64,000 bases of DNA from Thalia democratica (Eukaryota), in NCBI GenBank assembly GCA_965202585.1, contig OZ241829.1, positions 15,190,001 to 15,254,000 on the forward strand, written 5' to 3'. Within the stretch, counting starts at the first letter, position 1. Each line of letters starts with the position of its first letter. Positions 36,901-49,909 of the stretch are shown piece by piece. The position numbers and the translations under genes were made by a program. Under the pieces are notes generated by a model. That model saw only the letters and a list, made by a program, of their open reading frames with translations, did no database searches and was not told the origin of the DNA.

Positions 36901-39212
36901 TATCAGACTTTAAACTTAAATTAGCATATAGGAATTAAAAAGATATCACGTACATAATATTTTTCGAGCCATGTAGTTTAAACTTGTTTTTTAATTTTTT
37001 CATGTTTGAAATATTAAAAAGTATCAATTTCTTACATAAGCAACAAAAGTTAGAGAAATCAAGTATACTAATTCCTTTTTTAATAAAAACAAAGCAATTA
37101 TTACAGCTTTTATCAATTTTTTATATATTTTTGTATTGCATAATAAACAAACGCTTTATCAACTATCAATAGAAATTAAAAAATCATAATAAAATGGTTT
37201 TTTTTTATACATAGTAAAATAAAATCAATCATCCGTGTTGAATATGTAGACTAAATTACATATCAAAATACTGATGATTTTATATTTGTTTATTTGTTCT
37301 TCTTAATCAAAGTATACTGTTGTAAAATTAATCTTAAGTATATATAAAGGGGAGTTATTTACTACCTTAGTGGATAAGCTTATGAATATAAAAATTTAAA
37401 CAAAAATAATAAAAGTTAGAACTTTATATTTTTCAAATGATATACATTCTTTAGAGATAAATCTTAAGTTATTTTACCTATCATAAGTTTATAATTAAAT
37501 ATAGTTAAAATAGAACATAATTATAATTTTACAAGCAACATATGATTTAAGTTAAAGCATCAAAAATAAGTATAATACTATATTTACCTACTAATAGCAT
37601 ATAACGTATATGATAAATAAGTTTTGAGTTATTGTAATTAAAAAATGTTCAATTAGTTTTCGATTTTAAATCAAACCCGTTTTAATAACAGATTGTGTGA
37701 TGAAATTTATTAATGTTAGCTTAAAAAACTAGGTAACTTACTTTTATAACAGTAAGTAAAATAGGTAATAGATTGTTTTTTAAGATATGTGTATACCGAA
37801 ATGTATATAAAACGTGGGAATAGAAACAATAAATGATTAATTTTTAGTATAAAACACTCTAAAAGCTAAATATATAGCTACCTTTTTTATCATTTAGTAG
37901 TTACCAATTTGAACTTATATGAAAAGTATCAAAACATTATTTTCATTAAACCAAATACTTTTAAATATTTTTCTTTAATTTAGCTTGATTAATTTTGATC
38001 AATCACACAAGAAAATTTCAAAATAAAACATCTTAGTTTTATTAAAGACAACAAAAGTGTATAGCTTATAAAACCTTAACAAGCTATTTCTTGTCCTGGA
38101 CAAAAAGTTAAAAGGTATCTGTGGTTTACAACTCAACAACTCAAAGATTTTTCGTGCACCAGGTCTTGGGACCAAGTATTTTGAGCGTATTTTTTTTATC
38201 GTGCAATAAACTATAACTCATTTAGACTATTACAATACTAGTATTGAGTTTCAGTGCTATGCAGTAGGAACTTAATTATGTGTAAAAAAGCTTTTTCAAC
38301 TAAAATCTTTACAATCAAAATCTTATAACATTTCTATATAAATGAAACTTTTCCATGTGAAGTAATGCAATAGGCTCAACAAACCTCACTTACAACATTA
38401 ACTTCCAAGATGGAAATTGTTAACTCTTTGAAGAACGATATGTTTCTTAATTAATACTAGCAGCTATCAGTATACTATTTCTCTTGTTTCAAACATAACC
38501 TTTTTCTTTGTTTTGATAAAAAATATCAAAGAAATGTTCTAAAAACAATATAGATGAACTACTTTAAGATATATTATAAATTTTACATTAACATTTTTTT
38601 TTTGAAGTTAAGAAGACTTTAAATGTTAATTCTTAAAGCAAAAAATTATAAGTGAAAACCATCTTATATTACTAAGTAATTATTTTAGACAAACAATATG
38701 TTGTTTTATTAGTTCATGGGAACTATACTTTAAATTTTTTAAATGACTGCAAAAAATACAGATTTGCCGAACTAACTAATTTACGTTATACATAAACTTT
38801 ATATGATTGTAATTTTTAGTAAACTGTAAAAAAAACTCTTTTTGTAAATAAAAATTTTGAACATAAATCACTCATTTGAAAAAGATTTATTAGTTAATTT
38901 CGTTTAGCTCATCATCAAAATAAAATTGCTAAAAACTGATAATAATATAGTATAAGTTTAGTTATTAACATTAATTTTGAGATACCTACCTAAAATTGTT
39001 ACGTCATATAGCATAAAATTTCGTTTAAAATATTTAAATTAGATTTGAATTATACTTAGGTGACTTGAAGTTGTTTGTAAAAAAAAAACTGTTAAAACAA
39101 AAACATTTAAGATAATAGAAAATTCACCTGAACCAAAATTAAATAAAAAGTATATTACAAAAATCCGACAATAAACGACAACAATAACATTAATTTATAA
39201 AGTTATTTATAA

Positions 39213-40440
39213 AGTTTTAATTTGTAAAAATCTCTTTGTTTGCAAATTTTCAGCTCACGAGTTCTAATAAACAAAGATTCTAAAACTGAGAAATGGTTAG
39301 TGTTTCTCGCTCTAGATAGAATTTTAAACCTACTATTCAGGTAGTTCTCAGCACAAACAGGGTTGTTGAAGAGGTGCTCTTGGATAGATGACTGTTCACC
39401 TTTCGGCTTAAAGTCGTCATTTAAAAAAAAACTTTTAGCTTTTTCGTGACATGCTGCTCTCGCCTGACGTGGAAATGTTGAAATGTTCGACCTACGTAGT
39501 CATTCCTGCAATGAAATTTAAATATGTATACTACATTACTTAAATCATAAATAAGTGTGGCATCTTTCGCAATTCCGTTGAGCGGGCGGTTGGTGTTGTA
39601 CACACACGTAGCGAAACGCTATTAAAGGTGGATTTTACAGCTAATGAAGCTTGCTTAGCCAGTTTTATTCAGTTTTCACCTACATAAGGAAGGCGTAGGT
39701 AGACTGGGCAATGATGTGGGCGGAAAGAGGGTAAGCAGTTTATTTTGGACTAAGTTGCCTTAATTGTATTCTTGATGACTGTTTCAGGGTAATCTAATGA
39801 GACACAAACTTTGTAATTGTTGTCAAGTTCTGTTGGTTATGAATTGTATGATCTTCAACTTTCGTTTGGTGGGACAAAACGAATTCCAGAAAATGTAGTG
39901 TGGACTATTTTTTTTTCTATACACAGAAGTAGAAAAGGTGATTTTGGTGTTTCTAGTAATGTTGATGTCTAAAAATTAATTTTACCGGTAACTTCTTCTA
40001 CGGCGGTAAAAACTATGCATTTGTGCATCTTATTTAACAAAGTAAAAAAGTTATTGACATTGTTTTTTGAAGGGAAAATAGCAAAAACATCTTCGACATA
40101 CCTAAAATACGCAAGTGGCTTACTGTTATCTAATGAAAGAAGACTTTTTTCATAATAACCGTAGAAATGTTAGCAAGAACAGGGCCTAAAGAGCTTACCA
40201 TCGCTACGCCGTCAATTTGAGGAAATATGAGATTTTTAAAACTAAATTGTACATTGTTCGTGGCCATACATAACATATCATTACAAACAGATCTTGGGAA
40301 AACAGGCGGAAGTAAGTCAGAATTGTACAACTGATTTAGACAAATATTCAAAACTTAATCAAGTGGAATGTTAGTAAACAAACTTTTAATGTCAAACGAG
40401 ACCATAAAGTTGTTTAGTTTGATCTAATTTAAATATTTTA
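39213..40440 (-). mobile_element. Decayed Penelope-like element (RT plus GIY-YIG endonuclease)
   Basis: MVSFDIKSLFTNIPLD, QIDGVAMVSSLGPVLANI, YFRYVEDVFAIF, FLDINI, then SNVVYIFKFHCRNDYVGRT.....RREQH and ESLFIR...LKICKQ. Confidence 0.85.
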
Positions 40441-42860
40441 GACAAACTTTTATGCTTTATGACGTAACAATTTTAGCTTGGTGTTTCAAATTTACTGTTT
40501 ATAACTAAACTTACACTATATTATTATAATTTTTTAGCAATTTTATTCCAATGATTTATTCTGATAAATAACTCAAAATTAATAAATAAACCTCTTTAAA
40601 ATGAGTGTTTTATGTTTCAATTTTTTAATTAAACCTGTACAAAAACCAAACTATCGATTTTGTAGAGGAAAAAAGAAAAACTAACATTTATTTGTAAAAC
40701 GAATCTAAGTTATTAACAGATTCTTAGACAAAACTTTATAATTTTTTTCTTTTTCCACTCAATAATCTATAATATTACAAATTTTATATATTTTATAAAA
40801 GTAATTTTAATTTTTTGTCGTTTTATGAGTTAAAAATTACTTAAAATATTTTTTTTTTCATCATATTCAGAAATTTTTCTAATTTTTATTTTAAATTACA
40901 GTACAAATTTTGTGCAGTAATATTATTTATGTCCTGGTAGATATTTGACAGATAATTAAAAAATCCTTTTCTCCGCTTTCAAAAATTTTTAGAAAAAAAT
41001 TGGAAACATCCTCACAGAATTCTTGAACATTCTTTCTCAGTTATTTCCTTGCACACAACAAAATGAATCACTACCTTGGATTGGAATTCACACATAATGA
41101 ACTGTTGGTTAGTAAACTTTTTATATATATCTAGTTATTGATTGAACTCCAAATGTTCAAAATGTTAAAATAGTTACGTTTTGAAAGTTAAACTTATCTA
41201 CCTATATTAACAATTATAGATCACACTAAAGGTTAAATTAATTATTTACTGTGTTAAAATTTTTGTTTAAATCATTCTAATACTTTTAAAAAGTTATAGT
41301 TGTTAATTAAATTTAGAGAGTTGCTAATTTAAGCTTAAAAGTTAGTCATGAATAGTTTAAGGCTTAGATAATAAATAATAACAGTATCTGTTTTTCTTTA
41401 GATCTTTTTTAAAAATAGCAAAGTGTTCTTCTAATTAAAGTGCCTTAAATATTTGATAATTAATTAACCTGTAAAACCAAAGTTGTTGGTTAATTTGCTA
41501 TAACTTTAGTAATTAATTCAGCAATTTATTATAGATATCTAATATGAAATTTATTGAATCATTTCTTATAGTTTTTTTATTCAGTATTGATACTATAAAC
41601 AACAAAGTTGCCACACATTAAGACTACTCTCACTAGTTTAAAATTTTTGAAAAACTCAGAATTATAAATGCTGTAGGGCCCAACATGTTTTTTTACTACA
41701 ACTAAAATAAGTCTTTTAATGAAATTTTATTGTATGAACTCTAAGACAGTTTCTGTAAAACATAAATTGCTTAATCAACTTTGGAATATAATTGTTTTTG
41801 AAAAATATCTGATAAAAACCCATGGGCCACAGATTGTTTGTTGTCAATTTATTAGAGACTAAATTCACTAAAGATTTATTTTTTTGAATTATCAAGCAGC
41901 TAGAAACCTCAAAATTTTAAAAAGTGTTTCTAGCAATATATTTAAAGATTTTATAAAACAAAGTTTGCAGTATAAAAAATAAAAAACTTTTAAGTTAAAA
42001 GTTTCAAATAAGCTTTTACAAAATTTTGTTAAGACTATTTAGACTAAAGAAAAAGAAATTGCTCAAACTTATACTTTTTTTTTATAATATTTTTTTGCTT
42101 CTAGTTTGCACCCTCCATATGAAGTCTATAAACCCTCAAAACTATATTGCTTAAATCTCAAAAGTTATTCCAAATTTTCACAGGTAGCAACTAGTAAATA
42201 ATACCTTAGATATTTATGTGAAAAATAAGATGAAAAGTAGATTTCTTACCCCATTTATATCTTATATTTTTTTAATTTAATTATTTTTAAGATAAACCAA
42301 CAGAAAACTGGTTCATTTTTTTTGCTCAACAAATATTTTTTAAATTTTCTCACAAATTCATGCTAAATCTAGCTGGCTTTTTTACCTTAAAAGTTAAAAC
42401 CCTGTATTAATAGTTAAGCTAAAGTTAGTAAATTGATGATGTTGCACAGTGGGCTGAAAATAGGGGTTTATGCGGACATTGATTTTTTTGGCTAAAAAAG
42501 ATATAAAATCAAAGAATAATAGGCTAAAAGATTTAGAACTGAAGTCCTTGAAAATTAAATTTTATATTTTCTTTTTAAAGAATTTCAGAAGTTGTTGAAT
42601 TTTTCAGCTTATAAGTTTTCTACAACTTTTATAAAATAAAAGGTTTTCTAGCACTACTGAAAAGTTGAGACTCAGACACCTGTAAATTCCTATTTTATAT
42701 ATTTTCCTTTTGTTTGAAATAGTTTTCATAAAAAAATGTAGTTTAAGTTACTTAAAGACTTGAAATTAAATTGATAGACATAGAAAAAGTTGAGATATTG
42801 CAATCAAAAACCTTATAAACTGGTTATTCACAAGACAGAAGTTTCTACAAGTTTGTTTTT

Positions 42861-45800
42861 AGCTAACATATTTTGTTAACTTACTAAAAAATAATATTTG
42901 GAAGCTTAATTTGAAGAGATATAAGTCCTGAGTGGATAGGTGTCACTTTTGCACAAAAGATCACTTTTGCACAAGAAGTGAACATGCTTATCCTGACCAT
43001 AGCCTTAACCCTGATCATGACCCTAACTATAACCTTTAACTATGACTTTTACAAAAGTGACCTGTTACCTTACTAGTACACCATGAAATTTTTTAAAAAC
43101 ACAGTTAACTATTGTAAAAGTAGGAATTGTCTGTAAAAATTTCCAACTACTTTCAAAACAAAACCAAGCCATACAAATATAAATAGTATAAATAATAATC
43201 CTATATAATTAATTCAGGTGTCTTTGTGTAGTTGTTGAATACCTTGGTTTTGACATAAAATATATAGTATTTTGAACAAATAATAAGAAAAGCTGGCCAT
43301 ACTTAAAATTAACACAACTTGTAGAATACTTGAAAAACAAAAAACAAATAATTTTGAAAAGAAGAATTCAGCTCTACCAAATATGATATAAAACTTATAT
43401 CAGTCACAAAAGAGTCAATTTTCACCTGACAGCCAAATGACTGACTTAAACTTTTCCAATTGATTCCAGTTAGCTTTTCTGTTTTATAAAATCATAATTA
43501 TACTACAAAAATATTGTATTTTAAGTAAAAGCTTAATAAAATTGATATTTTTAAATTCTCTTTTGCATTAAACCTCACCCAAGGTTGAGCATCTATACTA
43601 TGAATTTTCTTATTAATAGAAATTTTTATTTAAAAAATGTCAAAAACTGTTATATAGTTTAAGGTCTTATGAGGTTAAAGCTCTTTTACACGTGATGATC
43701 TTATTTTTAACATGTTTTTTTAACTTATTTGTCAGTTGCTTACCATTTTGTAAAATTTAAATTAGTTTTTGATATATAAGCAGGGTTTCCCTTTCTCTAT
43801 AAATTCCTATAACTCCCTTTAAATTTGCAATATTCTGAAAAATCTCTAGTAATCCCTAGAAAAAATTAAAAATATGTGAAATACCCTAGAAATTATGTTT
43901 TTTGCTTGGTGATTGAAATTTGAAAGCCAAAACAGCAAACTGCATGGTGAAAAAACACATAATAATTTTTTTTGCATAACCTAACAGATAACATTTTTCC
44001 ATTTTTTACTATATTAAATACAATTTATCTAAAGTTTGCCTAATTGACTAAAATTAGAGCTCAAAAACCCTTGCTCTTATGTAAATTTCTTATTAAGACT
44101 GATTATAAACAGTTAATGACATATTTTACTTAAAAAACCTTAAAAATATGTTTATAAAGTTTAAAATTCATCGTTTTTTTGATAAATTCCCTATAATTTT
44201 TTATTAAAATTTTAGTTGGAACCCTGTATTAATTTGGGTATTAATTTGGAGACTTAAATAATTTTCTTATGGAAGGACCAAGGTAAAGAAGACTTATTCA
44301 TTAAAAATCCACCTCCTACATTTTTTAAGCTATAGTTCTGAATATTTTTCATCTTGATTTTAACAATGCTATTGTAACAATTTTTCTAGTTTTGAGTAAA
44401 ACTGTCCTTTCCAAAAAAAGGATTACAACTTTATTTTGGTTGCAAACATCTTGAATTTTATTTTTATTGTAATCATTGCAGTGGGATTTTTTCTATTAAT
44501 GAAGGAAACATTTTGTGAAAGTTTTAGTTTTAGTTGATAAAAATAACAACAAAATAGATTCTAGCAATTTCTTCAAAATTCCAAGAAACCCGCGATGAAA
44601 AATTCCTTTTTGAATTTGTATCACAATTTTTTTACTCAATTGACTATATTTCAAAGGCTAATTTTTTATACTCTGTGAAAAGTATCTTATAGTATACAAT
44701 ATTAGCTTTTGTTAAGGGCTCAAGTTAAACTTTATAAAAAATATACTGAACCCCTTATGGCCTTAAATGATTTGAATTTAAAAAAAGTTTAAACTTAAGT
44801 ATTTTACTTTTTAATTAAAAAAAATTACCTCCCATAACATTTTTTGTATGTAATCTAATAAAATCAAAATTACCTAAGTTTATAAATTAAGTACACCTAC
44901 AGTCATATATTATTAACCAATTCCTCTTAGACTATTTATTAAACTGAAACTGTTAACAAACTTTAATAATACAGTTTTTTAGAAAATGAACATATATTAA
45001 TCTTCTTGAAATTAAAATAGAATTAGATTTTTATAAATCTTAAATAGAATAAACAAATGAAAAACTCACAGAAAAGTGTGTATTATCTAATTAAAAAAAA
45101 AAAGAATAATTTATTGATATTTTTCCTATTTTTACTGACTGTTTAGCAGTTTTTTGTTAGCTTTTTATGTTCATTAAAATTTTTTCCAATCAATCAAAAC
45201 CTAAGTTAATTTGAATGAATTCACACAACAGTCACTTAAATGATAAAGACTTGTATCCTGAAGCTTAATGCATATTTTTTTAGTTTTCCATAAATTATAT
45301 CAAAAATGTTTAAATACTGACAATTTACTTCAATTAATATAGAATGCTTCTTCTAAACCTCAAACCAATTTACATACAGGTTCAACAAGTACCATGTTGA
45401 TCCTTGATGGCTCACCCAGTTTCATGTACCGCCAGTAATCTCTCGTCAACACCATTCGTTGAGTGTGGAGAAACACCTTGTACAAGCAGCTTTGCCAGGT
45501 CTGAGAGGTTGTTTCGTTCATGAATTCAAATTGCCTGTGTATCCAGAGAATTTTATCTATAAAGGTTTTATAAAACATGAGCATTACAAGTGTTATGCTT
45601 TTTAATTTTGTATTCATTGCATCAAATAGTTTTGTTCCATTAAAAAAAAACTAATTGTTGAATCTTAATGAAGAAGTAGTAGGTATGATACTTCTGATAT
45701 TTTAAAATTCATTTATGATAGCTATATAACATTTGAAACATTAGTAAATATACTTTAAATTAAACCATCCTTTCCTAATCTGCTATATTTATTAAAAATT

Positions 45801-46253
45801 TAAAAAATACATCTATTGTAGGTGGTTTTAGATTTAATTGTTATATAAATTTATATTGATATCTTATTTGGTTTTGCAAAGAACCTTGCGACAGTACCAA
45901 TGTTTTAGTTGCAAATTTTTCCAGCTCTATATTTTGCTAAAGCTTTTTCTTCAGTGTCATTTAAAGATAATGAAATATTTTGGAAAAGATAATGAAATAT
46001 TTTGGAAAAGATAATGAAATATTTTGGACTGATTTGGATCCTTTGGCAGTCCAGAGGTATAATTTTATGCCAGTGTACAAGAAATATAGTAATTAAATTT
46101 CATTTTTCAATCTGATTGAGTTTATTTTCATTCCTAAATTGCAGAATACAAAATATTATGAAAAAATTACCTTAAATCTTTCCTTTTACACAACCTTGTT
46201 TACTATTGGATTTATTTTTCCTTTGATGGTATTTAATTATATCTGAAGTTATT
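42861..46253. repeat. Interspersed repeat R1, copy 2
   Basis: Colinear with 1-3612. It has one unit of the ~180-bp internal repeat, plus a 22-bp x3 tandem at 45963-46028 that is absent from copy 1. Confidence 0.9.
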
Positions 46254-47259
46254 ACTTTAAAATTTAATACAAAATTTGCAATACTTTATTTGCCTACTAA
46301 ACTCCTACAACTAGTTTCGATACTCAATCATTATCAAGTAGAGATAAATTTCTAAAGATAGAGCATTTTTAAGTAAGTATAAAAGTGAAAACATATAATA
46401 TAGTGACGTAACGATAATATTTAAATTTAAGAATTTTTAGTAAAAAGATAACATAATATAGCAGTTGTATTAATTTTATTGAGATAAAGACATTATTTAA
46501 GTAATTCAAAAAATTTTTTTAAAGATGCAGAAAACATTTTTCCCTAAAAACAATTCTGTTTCAAATCGAATTAAAATAGTTAAAATATTTAAAATACAAA
46601 CGTTTATTTCTAAACTTTAAACTTTTTCTTAGAAGTTTTAGTTAACAAGCTGTAAAATTAATTTTTTTTTAAGTTAAGTTGCATAACTTTTCTACGTACT
46701 AATTAAAATTTTTAAAGTAAGGTTTAAATAAAAAAACTCTAATTATTTTTGAAAAAATAAAGTACAAAAGTTAAAACATATGAAAACTAGTTTGATAATA
46801 TAAAATAATTTTAGTTTAATTGTTTATCTGTAAAAAGATAGTATTGTTTTGTTTATATTAATTATAGCTGGTAGTTTGTTTGTCCATATGCTTTCCAAGA
46901 AATTCAATTCTTCTTGATATTCTGAGCTATCTAAAAAAAGTTATTGTGAAGGCATTTTCAAATCCTTTGATTATATTGTATGCTTGTAATTTTATTATAG
47001 TGTAGTTTAGGTGCAGCTCGATCTCTAACCTTGAACTTTGTAAGAACTTTTTTTGGTCAAAAATTCTCCCAAAGCACTACTCAAAATCCCAGGAAAGTAT
47101 GACTCACCTGAAAACCTTTCTAACGCCTTATTTTTCTGCTGAATTTAAAATTGTCTTTTTTCTCTCTTGAGCCTGTTCCCTCAACTTCCCTCTACTATCG
47201 TGCTGCTCAAATACAGCCTCACAACTAACTATACCTAGAGAGGACATAAAAAGTAGAAG

Positions 47260-47520
47260 GCCAGCTTACCCATCCTCATGCTCGATTATACACAACATCA
47301 AAGCTGTTTTACCTGCTTCTGTCCATGGAACTTATTTTATGGAATTCTGTTCCATAGGGTTGCATTGAATGACTTAAGGTCATTAATTGTGAGTCCTGCT
47401 AAAAGCTTATTGAGCATGGGACGTGATGTGTAACAATTTTAAAGAGGAAGCAGCAGTTCTTCAAAGCAAGCATCTAGAAAGTGATCTTTTACCACAACAT
47501 CCAAACCTCTCTTGTAGGCA
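47260..47520 (-). mobile_element. Mutator-like transposase C-terminal remnant
   Basis: LNKLLAGLTINDLKSFNATLWNRIP*NKFHG resembles the G.TQN.NESFN..LW...PK..F.G motif of animal Mutator-like transposases. Confidence 0.55.
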
Positions 47521-47859
47521 CACCAACTCTAAGGCTTGGATCATAAATTGATCATTCTTGTGTAATTTAACTCAAAATTTAATTTCAAAACTGTGCTACT
47601 TTTTATTTTGAGTTGCCCATGTTTTGATTTAACTTATTAAGTGTTAGGATGCAATCTTTTTTTGATTAAATAAGTGTAACATAGCACTAAATTAAATTTA
47701 TGAATGTATACCTATAGTATGTTTTTATAGGTATGTTTCTCTATTTAATGAAACACAAATGAAATACATATGCATTTCTATCTCTTCAAATTTTACAAAT
47801 TTAGATAAGTAAGATTTATAAGTGCACAATTTATTTTAACATTAAAATTTATAATCCTG

Positions 47860-48230
47860 GCTATTGCACTAAGGTAGTCAAGTTTTTCCATCAATGGATA
47901 TCTTTCCACGATTGTTTTGACTCTTTCCTCTCTTTTCCGAATATCCTTCGAGGAAGATGAGGACTCTCACTGCTTTCGTAACGAGCCACTCTTGCAGAGA
48001 TCAGTCTTTGCTATCTCTTCAACGACTTAATGCACTTAAAAACACTGGGATTTGCGCAGTTGAACTTACTCTGAAGACTTATGTGCCAGCCTTCTACAGC
48101 ATTGTTAGTTAGATGTTCTCCTGACAGAGTTTGAAGGTACACATTCCATAATGAAATAGGGAACAGGGGCTGATGGTTGCTTACGGGAACTCCACCCAGG
48201 TATCTTCAAAACATGCAAAAAGAGGCAAAT
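47860..48230 (-). mobile_element. MULE transposase C-terminal remnant (overlaps the 3631-3830 sequence)
   Basis: 48043-48228 matches 3628-3830. Translation gives CFEDTWV, the WNVY region, NPSVFKCIKSLK and ERVKTIVERY...LDYLSAIA. Confidence 0.75.
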
Positions 48231-48981
48231 AGTTTAGAGTTTTTGCGTTATAATTGTTAGAATAAGGCAACCTGACAATGCACACAAAATTTGAACTATT
48301 TTTAAAATTTAAAAGAAATTCTCAATTTCTATTTCTTTTACATACACAATACAGCTATTAAATAAAAGAATTACCTGAAGAGTTCTGTAAAGTAATTTAA
48401 AGTATTTTAGCTCAACATGTACTCTGGTATATACCAATGCCATAAGTCTTATCTACTAGAAGGATGCGTGTACTTTTTAAAAATTACAAATAATATCAGC
48501 TATTTAAAGGTCAGTACAGACCAAATTCTGGTGAATCTCCTGCTAAATTACCATATGATTAGACAAATTCATCACTTGAATTTACTAAATCTTTTAAGGC
48601 GTGAATAAGATCTATTTTATACCGCTCAGCAATCTCGTACAGCAACTTCCTATCAACCTAACATGAAATCTATGGTCTTCAGTGCATTTAAGAGTAAAAT
48701 ATTTGCATGTTGTAAGATAAAAGCAGCATTCTTTTTTTTCACCAAATAACATTTTTTTTTAATTATTTTGGTTTGTTCAACCAAAAACCTGTAAAAATAC
48801 AAAGTTGTCATGTTATACGAAATTTAAGGAATTACTTCTATCCAATTATTTTACACCTTTTTTTGATGTTATTTTACAAACTTGCCTTAATATGTCTAAA
48901 ATAATTTTAGTGTAAAAGTTAGCTGGATCATCTTTAACACATTTGGTAGGAGTTGAGTGTTTCGAATAATTCCATTATTTC

Positions 48982-49909
48982 GTTTTTATTTTTAAGGTGC
49001 AGTTATTATTACACTTATTTTTTTACAATAAGTCTAGTGGAATTATCTGTAGTTTTTTTTAATTTTTTCATCACCAGAGAGATGGTTACCTATAATCTTA
49101 AAACATATTTCTCTTATTGGAAAGTCATCTAGATGCCGTGGGGTTTTTATTTGATATTTAGTGAGAAGAATCCGTTTAGTCAATCTGAAAGAATGCAAAT
49201 TTAGATTCACGAAGGTTAACATAGGATCTATATACCTCTTCGCATTAACATGCTCATTTTTGATTGATCCTATCCTTTTTAACAACTTGATGAACTCCTT
49301 TTTTGAGTAAAATGATTTATTAGCTTCAAGAACCATCTTGAGCATTGAATGCGGCTCCTGATCCAGTAGCTTCGTCGCTAAATCTATTTCATTCTCCATA
49401 GCTGCTAATCTATCGCTGGTGGATTTTGTCATCTTATCCTCATTTATTTGAGTCATAGAGTATGCTATGGCATAAATTCCCCGAGCCATAGCACTAAAAA
49501 ATCCAGCAATTTCATTCGCGTTCTTAATTAACTTTAATGTCGGATTAGCTAAAGAGAAAGCGGCAAGATCCTTTGCATTTATATAACTATAAGCGGGATT
49601 CATATTGTCAGTGAGAACCATATCCTCAGGAATGGTGGAAGCCAAAATATTAAGGGATCTGTACATAGACGACAACTGTTCATTACCCAAATCTAACAAC
49701 GCAAGAAGTGTCCTAATCTGAACCATTGTTATCGTTTCTTTTCCAACGGTGATGGTCTTTCTTTTCATATCCATTTTTGTACTGGTTTTTATTTTTAAGG
49801 TGCAGTTATTTTTACACTTATTTTTTTACAATAAGTCTAGTGGAATTATCTGTAGTTTTTTTTAATTTTTTCATCACCAGAGAGATGGTTACCTATAATC
49901 TTAAAACAT
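48982..49909. repeat. 125-bp direct repeats (48982-49106 and 49785-49909) bracketing a 678-bp unique segment
   Basis: The two copies differ at one position (gttattatt vs gttattttt); period 803 bp. Confidence 0.92.
49043..49774 (-). CDS. Intact orphan 243-aa ORF (candidate virus-derived or retrocopy)
   Basis: ATG in caaaaATGG context, no stops, intronless, GC above background. The last ~21 codons lie in the 125-bp repeat. No family recognised. Confidence 0.65.
   Translation of the reverse strand: MDMKRKTITVGKETITMVQIRTLLALLDLGNEQLSSMYRSLNILASTIPEDMVLTDNMNPAYSYINAKDLAAFSLANPTLKLIKNANEIAGFFSAMARGIYAIAYSMTQINEDKMTKSTSDRLAAMENEIDLATKLLDQEPHSMLKMVLEANKSFYSKKEFIKLLKRIGSIKNEHVNAKRYIDPMLTFVNLNLHSFRLTKRILLTKYQIKTPRHLDDFPIREICFKIIGNHLSGDEKIKKNYR

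Noticed and set aside
30532-37172. Short F/L/I/K-rich ORFs (30532, 34592, 36984; likewise 11998, 12710, 49916, 54326, 60484)
   Set aside because: Composition expected by chance in AT-rich DNA; no motifs.
42445-42480. CACAGTG (RAG RSS heptamer or Transib-like terminus)
   Set aside because: No nonamer at 12 or 23 bp and no matching inverted end or TSD found in the window. It may be the end of R1, but I cannot support that.
49043-49774. Faint resemblance of the 243-aa ORF to orthomyxovirus matrix proteins (size, AGFFSAMARGIY segment)
   Set aside because: By-eye similarity is too weak and no conserved segment-terminal motif was recognised; it needs a profile or structure search.
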